NCBI GenBank assembly: GCA_039586795.1
Contig: JBDHJS010000050.1
Span: forward strand, 1 to 24,649
Direction: 5' to 3'
Length of the DNA stretch: 24,649 nt
Source of the DNA: Gemmatimonadota bacterium
Lineage (GTDB): Bacteria; Gemmatimonadota; Gemmatimonadetes; Palauibacterales; KS3-K002
Under the pieces are notes generated by a model. That model had not been told where the DNA came from. It saw nothing but the letters and a program-made list of their open reading frames with translations, and did no database searches. Below, piece after piece: positions 16,880 to 24,649 of the stretch (positions are counted from its first letter, which is position 1; each line of letters opens with the position of its first letter). The translations under genes were made by a program, and so were the position numbers.

Positions 16880-19063
16880 ATGAGCAAGAACGCAGGTTCC
16901 CGGCCAGGGCGCTCACCGGCGGCGGAGACGCTGGTCGGTGGCGACGAGTTGGCGCGAGTGCTGCTGGACTCGACGGGCGAGGGGATCTACGGAGTCGATC
17001 TCGATGGCAATTGCACATTTGCCAACCCAGCGTGCCTGAGGCTTGTCGGCTATGAGAGTGATGCTGAGCTCCTGGGGCGCAACATGCACGAGGTCGTGCA
17101 TCACACGCGCCGCAACGGAGAGCCTTACCCAGTGGAAGAGTGCCACATCTACCGCGCGTTCCGCGAGGGTGAAGGGACGCACGTGGATGACGAAGTCATG
17201 TTTCGCAAGGACGGTTCGAGCTTTGACGCCGAATACTGGTCCTACCCGATCGAACAGGACGGCGAGCAGGTCGGGTGCGTCGTCACCTTCGCCGACATCA
17301 CAGAGCGGCGACGCAGCGAGCAGCTGCTTGCGGAACAAACCGCCCGGCTAGCCGAACTGGCCCGCTTTCCCGAGATGAATCCCGGCCCCGTGCTTCGCCT
17401 CGACCTCGAAGGCAACGTGCTCATGGCCAACGAGGCGGCGCGCGGAGAGTTCGGCCTCGAGCTGGTGGGCCGTTGCTGGAAAGACATCTGCCCGGGTATC
17501 GACGATGACCTCTGGCGCCAGATCCTGGATGCCAGCGGGCCGTTTACCATCGAGCGGCGCATTGGAGAAAAGGATTGCGTCTTCACCCACCGGCATGATT
17601 TCGAGAGCGAACTCGTTTTCGTGTTCGGCGCGAACATCACGGAGCAGAAGCAGGCCCAGCGCGCCCTACGGCAGGCGGACGAACAGGTTCGGTTGCTTCT
17701 GAACTCCACGGGTGAAGGTATCTACGGGGTCGACATGGACGGCAACTGCACGTTCGCCAACCCCGCGTGCGCCAGGCTACTCGGCTTCGCTGACGTCGAT
17801 GAGCTGCTGGGAAAGCACATGCACAACCTGGTGCACCACACGCGACCCAACGGAGAACACTACCCGGTGGAGGAATGCCGCATCTACCAGGCGTTTAGGG
17901 AGCATGAAGGAACGCACGTCGATGACGAGGTGATGTTTTGCGCCGACGGAAAGCCGTTTCCGGCGGAATATTGGTCGTACCCGGTGGAGCGGGACGGCGA
18001 GTTGGTGGGCTGCGTGGTCACCTTCGTCGACATCAGTGATCGGCGTCGCGTAGAGGACGAGCTGCGCCAGCGCGAGAAGATGGCCGCGCTGGGCAAGCTC
18101 TCAGCCGGTCTCGCCCACGAGCTGAACAACCCGGCGGCGGCTGGAGGGCGCGCCGCCGGCCAGCTGATCGAGATGCTGGACCAGTTCCTATCCGCCACGG
18201 TCCATCTGGCGCGGGCCGACATCGGGTCCGACGCGTGGAGGCAGCTGAGGGATCGATACGTCGAGTTCGGCCGTCGCTCGGATGGCGCGCTGGGACTCTC
18301 GGCGCTGGAGGCCAGCGACCGCGAGGACGAGCTGATGAGTTGGCTCGAGCGACATGGCGTCGAAGAGCCCTGGGACATTGCATCGACCCTGGTCAGTGCC
18401 AGCGTCGGGCCTGAAGATCTGGATGCGATTGCCGCCGCCGTGCCGGCGGAGCGACTGAGCGCGGCCATCGATTGGCTGGACAAGGCCCTCGATGCCCAGG
18501 AGCTGGCCGGTACGGTCGTTCGCAGCTCGCGGACGATGTCGGAGTTGGTGGACGCGGTGAAGTCCTATTCCCACATGGATCGGGCGCCGATGGACTACGT
18601 CGATGTCCACGAGGGGATCGAAGACACGATCAAGATCCTCGGACACAAGCTGAAGAGCGGTATCGAGCTGAACCGGGAGTACGATCGCGAGCTGCCCCGC
18701 GTTCTCGCCGCCGGCAGCGATCTCAATCAGGTCTGGACCAACCTGATCGATAACGCCATCGGCGCCATCGATGGTGGGGGAAAGATCACAGTTCGCACCT
18801 CTGGAGATGGCGAGCACATCACCGTCGAGGTCATCGACGATGGGCCGGGGATACCGAAAGAGATACGGCACCGCATCTTCGAGCCCTTCTACACCACGAA
18901 GGGTGTCGGGCAGGGGACCGGGCTGGGGTTGGACATCGTTCGCCGCATCGTGATGGGGCGCTGCGGCGGTGCCATCGATTTCGACTCGCGCCCCGGCGAA
19001 ACCTCGTTTCGGGTTCGGCTGCTGGCCGAAGGAGCCGAAACCTGCGAGGAGCCGTCAGTCTAG
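16880..19063 (+). CDS. Cytoplasmic sensor histidine kinase with three PAS domains
   Basis: PAS1 and PAS3 (EGIYGVD.DGNCTFANPAC), divergent PAS2 (NPGPVLRLDLEGNVLMANEAA). H-box LAHELNNP, N-box QVWTNLIDNA, DDGPGI, IFEPFYTTK, GTGLGL. No TM segment. Confidence 0.95.
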   Translation: MSKNAGSRPGRSPAAETLVGGDELARVLLDSTGEGIYGVDLDGNCTFANPACLRLVGYESDAELLGRNMHEVVHHTRRNGEPYPVEECHIYRAFREGEGTHVDDEVMFRKDGSSFDAEYWSYPIEQDGEQVGCVVTFADITERRRSEQLLAEQTARLAELARFPEMNPGPVLRLDLEGNVLMANEAARGEFGLELVGRCWKDICPGIDDDLWRQILDASGPFTIERRIGEKDCVFTHRHDFESELVFVFGANITEQKQAQRALRQADEQVRLLLNSTGEGIYGVDMDGNCTFANPACARLLGFADVDELLGKHMHNLVHHTRPNGEHYPVEECRIYQAFREHEGTHVDDEVMFCADGKPFPAEYWSYPVERDGELVGCVVTFVDISDRRRVEDELRQREKMAALGKLSAGLAHELNNPAAAGGRAAGQLIEMLDQFLSATVHLARADIGSDAWRQLRDRYVEFGRRSDGALGLSALEASDREDELMSWLERHGVEEPWDIASTLVSASVGPEDLDAIAAAVPAERLSAAIDWLDKALDAQELAGTVVRSSRTMSELVDAVKSYSHMDRAPMDYVDVHEGIEDTIKILGHKLKSGIELNREYDRELPRVLAAGSDLNQVWTNLIDNAIGAIDGGGKITVRTSGDGEHITVEVIDDGPGIPKEIRHRIFEPFYTTKGVGQGTGLGLDIVRRIVMGRCGGAIDFDSRPGETSFRVRLLAEGAETCEEPSV
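16955..18055 (+). repeat. Intragenic duplication: two 122-codon PAS copies at 16955-17320 and 17690-18055
   Basis: Ungapped hand alignment gives 91/122 identical residues (about 75%); copies are 735 bp apart. Confidence 0.9.
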
Positions 19064-19096
19064 GTCACACGCAACGCAGCAACCGGGAGTGAGAGC

Positions 19097-20758
19097 ATGA
19101 GTAAGCCGGCAATACTGACATTGGACGACGACGTCGATGTGCTTCGGGCCGTCGAGCGCGACCTCAGACGCGAGTACGGATCCGATTATCGGGTTGCCCG
19201 GGCCGATTCCGGCGACGCGGCGTTGCAGTTGCTAGAAGAGCTGAAGCGGCGCGGCGAGCCGTCCGCCCTCATGCTGGTCGATCAGCGTATGCCATCGATG
19301 AGCGGCGTCGAGTTCTTGCAGAAGGCGGTCGACATATATCCCGAGGCAAAGCGCGTGCTCCTCACGGCCTACGCCGACACGGACGCGGCGATCAAGGCGA
19401 TCAACCAGGTACACATCGACCACTACCTGCTGAAGCCGTGGGATCCGCCGGAAGAGAAGCTCTACCCGGTTCTCACCGACCTACTCGATGATTGGCGATC
19501 GGCTTACCGACCGCCGTTCGAGGGCATCCGCGTCGTCGGCAACCAGTGGGCCCCCGACTCTCATCGGGTCAAGGAGTTCCTCGCCCGCAACAACATCCCG
19601 TACCTGTGGATGGACCCCGAGGTGAGCAAAGAAGCCAGGCGCCTCATCGAGGTCTCGGGTAAGAAGAAGCTGGAGTTGCCCTGCCTCTTCTTCACGGACG
19701 GGTCGATTCTGGAGAGGCCGGACAACCGCGTGATCGCCGAACGTAGCGGGCTCAAGACCAGCGCCGAGATGCCCTTCTACGATCTCATTGTGGTGGGAGC
19801 TGGTCCGGCCGGGCTGGCGGCGGCGGTCTACGGCGCTTCCGAGGGGATGCGCACCCTGGTGGTCGAAAGGCACGCCCCGGGCGGTCAGGCCGGGATGAGC
19901 TCGCGGATCGAGAATTACCTCGGCTTCCCGGGAGGCGTATCAGGCGGTGAGCTGGCGCGGCGTGCCGTGAGCCAGGCCCGGCGCTTCGGCGTTGAGATCC
20001 TGGCGGCGCAGGAGGCCGTCCGGCTCTGCGCCGACGGGCCATCGAAGACAGTGACGCTTGGGGATGGCAGCGAGCTGAAGTGCCGAGCACTGCTCATCGC
20101 GACGGGCGTTTCGTATCGCCAGCTGAAGGCCGAAGGGATCGAGCGCTTGACCGGAGCCGGGGTCTACTACGGCGCGGCGATGACCGAAGGTGAGTCGGTC
20201 CGCAACCAGGATGTATACATCGTCGGGGGCGCGAACTCGGCGGGACAGGCGGCGATGTATTTCTCGGGATTCGCCCGGTCCGTCACTTTGCTGGTGCGCG
20301 GCGAGTCGCTGTCGAGTGGTATGTCCCAGTATCTGATCGACCAGATTGATGGGGTCGACAACATTCGAGTCAGCACCGGGACGGAAGTATCGGAGGTCCA
20401 GGGCGCGGAGCGCCTCGAGAGGGTCGTCATAGCTGGAGATGGCGGCCAAACCCAAGAGACGGTCCCGGCCGCCGCGCTCTTCATTTTCATCGGGGCGGTT
20501 CCGCACACGGATTGGCTGGGTGATCTCGTCGCCCGTGACGAGCACGGCTTCATCCTCTCGGGGATCGATGCGGTCGGCAACGGTGCCGCGGCGCCGTTCC
20601 AGCTACAGGGTCGGTCTCCGTTCCTGCTCGAGACCAGCCTGCCGGGCGTGTTCGCGGCGGGTGACGTTCGCCACGGGTCGGTCAAGCGGGTTGCGTCTTC
20701 GGTGGGCGAGGGATCGATGGCCGTGACGTACGTGCACCGCTATCTCAGCAGCGTGTGA
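19097..20758 (+). CDS. REC / glutaredoxin-like / thioredoxin-reductase-like FAD-dependent oxidoreductase fusion, lacking CxxC motifs
   Basis: REC: TLDDD, LVDQRMP, LLTAY, YLLKPW. FAD motif VVGAGPAGLAAA, GGQAG.SSRIENYLGFP, LLIATG, NAD(P)H motif IVGGANSAGQAA, ETSLPGVFAAGDV. GGGAG SD upstream. Confidence 0.92.
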   Translation: MSKPAILTLDDDVDVLRAVERDLRREYGSDYRVARADSGDAALQLLEELKRRGEPSALMLVDQRMPSMSGVEFLQKAVDIYPEAKRVLLTAYADTDAAIKAINQVHIDHYLLKPWDPPEEKLYPVLTDLLDDWRSAYRPPFEGIRVVGNQWAPDSHRVKEFLARNNIPYLWMDPEVSKEARRLIEVSGKKKLELPCLFFTDGSILERPDNRVIAERSGLKTSAEMPFYDLIVVGAGPAGLAAAVYGASEGMRTLVVERHAPGGQAGMSSRIENYLGFPGGVSGGELARRAVSQARRFGVEILAAQEAVRLCADGPSKTVTLGDGSELKCRALLIATGVSYRQLKAEGIERLTGAGVYYGAAMTEGESVRNQDVYIVGGANSAGQAAMYFSGFARSVTLLVRGESLSSGMSQYLIDQIDGVDNIRVSTGTEVSEVQGAERLERVVIAGDGGQTQETVPAAALFIFIGAVPHTDWLGDLVARDEHGFILSGIDAVGNGAAAPFQLQGRSPFLLETSLPGVFAAGDVRHGSVKRVASSVGEGSMAVTYVHRYLSSV

Positions 20759-20787
20759 GCGGATAGAGGGACGACGACGCGTCGTGC

Positions 20788-20806
20788 TCGTGCCGTCACG
20801 GCGCGA
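20788..20806. terminator. Possible hairpin between convergent genes
   Basis: TCGTGCCG-TCA-CGGCGCGA 8-bp stem (one G-U pair), next to the perfect palindrome ACGACGCGTCGT at 20774-20785. No U-tract on either strand. Confidence 0.35.
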
Positions 20807-20815
20807 CCACCGGCT

Positions 20816-21511
20816 TCATCGCGAGACTACGGCGATCTCCGCTGTCCCAACCACATTGTCCGTTCGTGCGGCGATGACGACGGCGCCGCTCGCGTGAGCC
20901 GTCACCAGTCCGGTGCTGCTGACCGAAGCTATGGCGTCGTTGGATGACGACCAGCTGAACACCCGGTGGGGAACGGCGTCGCCGTCGTAATTGTATGCCG
21001 TTGCGGAGAGGCGCAAGCGCTCGCCGACCGCCAGGGTGAATGTGTCGGGTTCGAGAACGACCGTTTGAACAATCAACTCAGGCGGTACCGGGACGCTGAC
21101 CGTAGCCGCTCGTTGTGCATGGCGCGCTTTGAGATCGCGTATCGCGGCTCGGCACTTTGCCGTCTTGCTAAACCCGACACCAGCAGAGAGGCCGTATGCG
21201 GCGCCGGCAACCAGGGCGGCCACGATGTTGGAGTCTGTGGTTAGATCACTCATGATGCCGTCGGCGGTCATCCCGCCCCCGGAACCCGAACTTTGGGAAC
21301 CGTACGCGCCGGCAAGAATTAAGTAGCCCAGAACCGTAACCGCGTCGAGAGCGGGACCGACGTTACTTTCGGTGCACGCGAAGTAGTCCATCTGCTCGTG
21401 CCCATCTGGTGGACCGTGCGTCAGAACGACACCACATCCTCCGTTGACCGCAACGATCAACCCGATGGATGCGAACGCCGTCAAGCGCGATCCAAGACGA
21501 TTCGCTTTCAT
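20816..21511 (-). CDS. Putative membrane/lipoprotein with a C-terminal bacterial Ig-like (Big_2) domain
   Basis: GGAGG SD upstream of ATG. Signal ending VNGGC. Two hydrophobic Gly/Ala-rich segments. C-terminal LAVGERLRLSATAYNYDG...FSWSSSNDAIASVSSTGLVTAHASGAVVIAA, a classic Big_2 pattern. Confidence 0.85.
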   Translation of the reverse strand: MKANRLGSRLTAFASIGLIVAVNGGCGVVLTHGPPDGHEQMDYFACTESNVGPALDAVTVLGYLILAGAYGSQSSGSGGGMTADGIMSDLTTDSNIVAALVAGAAYGLSAGVGFSKTAKCRAAIRDLKARHAQRAATVSVPVPPELIVQTVVLEPDTFTLAVGERLRLSATAYNYDGDAVPHRVFSWSSSNDAIASVSSTGLVTAHASGAVVIAARTDNVVGTAEIAVVSR

Positions 21512-21788
21512 GGTAGCCTCCAGGTTCGGAGAAAGGCAGCGGACTGTCCGCCGCCAGGTCCAGTCATCTCGTTTCTCCGGGACCTGGACTTCGAATAGCC
21601 CCAGGTGATCAAGGGGGAATCAAGTGTAGTAGGAGGAATTAGCGTCGTGGCAGGGAGCCTCACTCTACTTTCATCAGCTTTGCTGCGGCGATATGGCGAG
21701 TATACGCTCTCGTTGCCCTATTCTTGGCCGCGTACCATCTTGTATCAGTTCCGATTATAGAGCGGAGACGATCCTCTCGGGACGCATC

Positions 21789-24436
21789 ATGTCGGAGAAC
21801 CTCGAGCGGCTGAAGGATGTCCTGGCGGACCGCTACGCCGTCGAGCGTGAGCTGGGCCGCGGAGGGATGGCGACCGTCTACCTCGCCTACGAGCCCAAGC
21901 ACGACCGCAAAGTCGCCATAAAGGTCCTCAATCCCGACGTCGCTTCGGCGGTGGGCGCCGGGCGGTTCCTGCAAGAGATCCAGATCGAGGCGAATCTCCA
22001 GCACCCCAACATTCTGCCGCTGCACGATTCGGGAGAGTCCGACGGTGTCCTCTACTACGTCATGCCGTACGTGGAGGGTGAGTCGCTGCGCGACCGGCTG
22101 CTGCGTGAGAAAGAGCTGCCCCTCGAAGACGCGCTACGCATCACGCGTGAAGTCGGCGACGCGTTAAGCTACGCCCATGACCACGGCGTGATCCATCGCG
22201 ACATAAAGCCGGAGAACATCATGCTCACCGGCGACCACGCGGTGCTCGCCGATTTCGGCATCGCCCGGGCGATCGACACGGCAGGCGGCGAGCGCGTCAC
22301 CAAGAGCGGGCACTTCGTGGGGACGCCCATGTACATGAGCCCGGAGCAGGCGGCGGGCGGCTCGGATCTCGATGCGCGAAGCGACGCCTACTCGCTGGCC
22401 TGCGTGCTGTTCGAGATGATCTGCGGCGAACCGCCGTTCGGCGGGCGTACGGTGCAGGCGGTGTTGGCGAAGCACATGTTGGAACCCGCGCCTTCGATGG
22501 AGACGCTTTGTCCATCGATTCCCCATCACGTGGCCAAGGCGGTGGAGCGCGGGCTGTCGAAGACGCCTGCCGAGCGCTTCAGCACGACAGCGGAGTTCGT
22601 CGCCGCGCTGGAAGGGGCCGAGAGACCCGACGGCTGGGTCGACATCCTGCGTGAGCTCGGCGCTCGGAACATCTGGCACATCGGAGCCCTCTACCTGGTG
22701 CTCGGCTTCATCGCCATTGAGTTGGCACGGATGCCGATCCAGGAGCGGGCGTTGCCCACCTGGGTATTCGCGGCGCTGTTCGCGCTAGTAGCGATCGGCT
22801 TCCCGATCACGCTGGCGTTGGCCTGGGCGCAAGGTAAGCCGCGGGGGCAGATACGACCGCGCTGGGTTCGTCACGTGCGCGCCGGCTATTCACTCGCGTT
22901 TCTCGGAACGGTGGTCATTGGGCTGCTCGCCGTCCGGGCAGCGCTCACGCGTACGCAACAAGAGATTCAGGCTGAGCCCATCGAGGCTGCATCGACAACG
23001 TTGGAACAAACGCGCATCGCGGTGCTGCCGTTCGAAGACTTGAGCGAGGAGCAGGCGTTGCGCGGACTATGCGCCGGTTTCACCCGGACGCTCATCTCGG
23101 AGCTGACGCAGATCGATCCACTCGACGTCATTTCTTACAACGGAGTGAAGCACTACCGGAACTCAGACGTCCCGCTCGACAGCATCGCGCAGAGGCTACG
23201 CGTTGGAACCATCGTCAGCGCGAGCGTCCAGGAATCGCAGGGCGAGCTTCGCGTCACCGTTGAGCTCACCGATGCGGCATCCATGTCAAATCTCGCCACC
23301 AGCACCATCGGCCAGCCCCGTACCGAGACCTTCGCGCTGCAAGCCGACATTGTAAAGGAGGTTAGTCGGTTCTTGCGCGAGCAGCTGGGTGTGGAGATTC
23401 GGCGTCAGGAGTGGCTGGCCGAGACCGCTAGTCGGGAAGCGTGGGAGCTGGTCCAGGAGGCGGAGGTGGTTAAGGAGAGCGTCGGTCCGATTGGGGCCGT
23501 GGAGGATGCGGAGTGGGCCGCCGAACAGCTGCAGACCGCGGACTCGTTGCTAGCGCTGGCGGAATCGCTTGACCCCACCTGGCTCGAGCCGGTCTTACAG
23601 CGCGGTTGGATTGCAGCCGACCAAGCGCGGCTACGTGAAGCATCGCCGGGCGCTCACGAGCAGAACTTCATTCAGCTGGGGCTTGCGCTTTCGGAGCGGG
23701 CGCTGGCGCTCGAACCAGAGGACGCGGGAGCGTTGGAGTTGCAGGGTGTGTTGTCGTTCAACGCATGGGGTGCCGCCCGCGAGGGGGAGGACGCCGCCGC
23801 CCATATCAACAACGCCGAGGAGGCGTCGCTCGCCGCGGTCGAGCGCGATCCTTCCAAGGCCATGGCGTGGGTTACGCTCAGCGAGATCTATCGCGTCAAC
23901 GGTCTGCTGGGTTCGGCATTCCGAGCGGCGCGCAGCGCCCTGGAAGCGGATGCGTTCCTGGAAGTTGAGTCCATCGTCTACTTCTCTATTTGCCAGTACT
24001 ACTGGGAGAACGAGGAGCTCGACAGGGCGATGCCGTGCTTCGCCGAGGGCCGCCAACGTTTCCCGGATGATCCTGCCTACGTGGCTCCTGAGCTGACGTA
24101 CCTGGCGTTCGCCGACGGTCCGGAGCCAGACGTCGAGGAGGCGTGGCAGATAAATGATACGCTCGAGGGGCTGATGGGGTCGGCCTACCCCGGCTTTCGG
24201 CCGAGCTTCTTGATGATGATCGCCGCCGTACTGGCCCGGGCCGGCGAGGCGGACAGCGCTCACGCCCTCATGCGCAGGCAAACGTGCACCTGAACCTTGG
24301 CGAGGCGGACTTGGCTCTTGCGTCACTGAATCAGTTCCTCGAGGCGGTACCGGATCGCAAAGCATATATCGCCACCGACTATTGGTGGCGGCCACTCCGC
24401 GATGACCCTCGCTTCAAGGCGATGGTTGACGAGTAG
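21789..24436 (+). pseudogene. Ser/Thr kinase with 3-TM module, TolB-N-like domain and TPRs; frameshifted near the 3' end (main frame stops at 24293, true C-terminus in the -1 frame 24278-24436)
   Basis: Kinase motifs LGRGGMATVY, VAIKVL, HRDIKPEN, DFG, GTPMYMSPEQ. ATG 21789 (MSENLERL) aligns with the start of the 1714 kinase. IAVLPFEDLS and TPRs follow. After ...HALMRR the frame ends QTCT*, while the -1 frame reads ANVHLNLGEADLALASLNQFLEAVPDRKAYIATDYWWRPLRDDPRFKAMVDE*. Could be a real lesion or an assembly error. Confidence 0.85.
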
Positions 24437-24649
24437 CCGTCAGCCGTCTCTTCACGATGAGCTCAGGATCGCACTCTTTGAGCTTTGTTACCCCGTCTAT
24501 CTTGACTGTTGCAGCAACACAGTACTTGATTCGGAGCTTGTCCTTCCAGTTACTCGGCGCTCCCTCAGGAGGGACCTTCCGATGGCCGGTCGCGTGCTCA
24601 TCAACCTTAACTTTGTTCTTCACAGTGCCCTGGCCGGACACGCTGATGG
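24414..24649 (-). CDS. 5'-truncated small hypothetical protein ending in a KYxV...DPxLIV motif
   Basis: Frame is open to the window edge (..ATC AGC GTG TCC..). Reads ISVSGQGTVKNKVKV...RIKYCVAATVKIDGVTKLKECDPELIVKRR... About 55% GC by hand count over 24441-24649. Confidence 0.6.
   Translation of the reverse strand, partial: ISVSGQGTVKNKVKVDEHATGHRKVPPEGAPSNWKDKLRIKYCVAATVKIDGVTKLKECDPELIVKRRLTATRQPSP

Noticed and set aside
19097..20758. Calling this gene trxB
   Set aside because: No CxxC active site, and it carries extra REC and Grx-like domains.
21631..21760. AGGAGG followed by a 37-codon GTG ORF (21647-21760, MAGSLTLLSS...QFRL) upstream of kinase 2
   Set aside because: SD spacing is long (10 nt), third positions are AT-rich (CTA, CTT, TCA, TAT, TTA) unlike the real genes here, and it overlaps a probable promoter region. 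It cannot be excluded without ribosome profiling.
1714..22600. Nucleotide similarity between the two kinase 5' regions (about 1714-2500 and 21789-22600) as a mobile-element or prophage boundary repeat
   Set aside because: Similarity is confined to paralogous kinase coding sequence with many synonymous differences. There is no integrase, transposase or att-like site.
317..24395. Many long antisense and alternate-frame ORFs in the track (e.g. 3352-4263, 5508-6404, 6759-7700, 8333-9040, 18188-18871, 23631-24395)
   Set aside because: All lie on well-supported genes and have no recognisable motifs. This is expected shadow ORF behaviour in high-GC DNA.
1..24649. CRISPR arrays, tRNA/rRNA genes, IS elements, known riboswitches
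   Set aside because: No regularly spaced repeats, cloverleaf motifs, transposase ORFs or recognisable riboswitch consensus found by eye. A covariance-model scan was not possible.

Overview
High-GC bacterial window (roughly two-thirds GC by eye), gene-dense and dominated by signalling genes. The protein families suggest Gemmatimonadota or another FCB-group lineage (inference). Left part: a partial TolB-N-like/TPR receptor, a Hanks-type Ser/Thr kinase with a PD40/TolB beta-propeller, a zinc-ribbon protein with six CxxC motifs followed by an intrinsic terminator, a kinase-less membrane-anchored TolB-N/TPR paralog, two lipoproteins and a signal-peptide-bearing M20 amidohydrolase. Centre: a Bacteroidetes-style hybrid two-component system (HTCS; beta-propeller/Y_Y_Y/HK/REC/AraC), divergent from a probable four-gene operon of stand-alone REC, isochorismatase-family hydrolase, triple-PAS histidine kinase and a REC-glutaredoxin-like-thioredoxin-reductase-like fusion that has lost both redox CxxC motifs. 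Right part: a Big_2 membrane/lipoprotein, a second Ser/Thr kinase-TPR receptor whose 3' end is frameshifted (true C-terminus in the -1 frame, ending at 24436), and the 3' end of a small lower-GC convergent gene. The best candidate for an undescribed system is the central HTCS/REC/hydrolase/PAS-HK/Cys-less TrxR-like module. I saw no rRNA, tRNA, CRISPR array or mobile element. All calls come from reading motifs by eye; no database searches were run.
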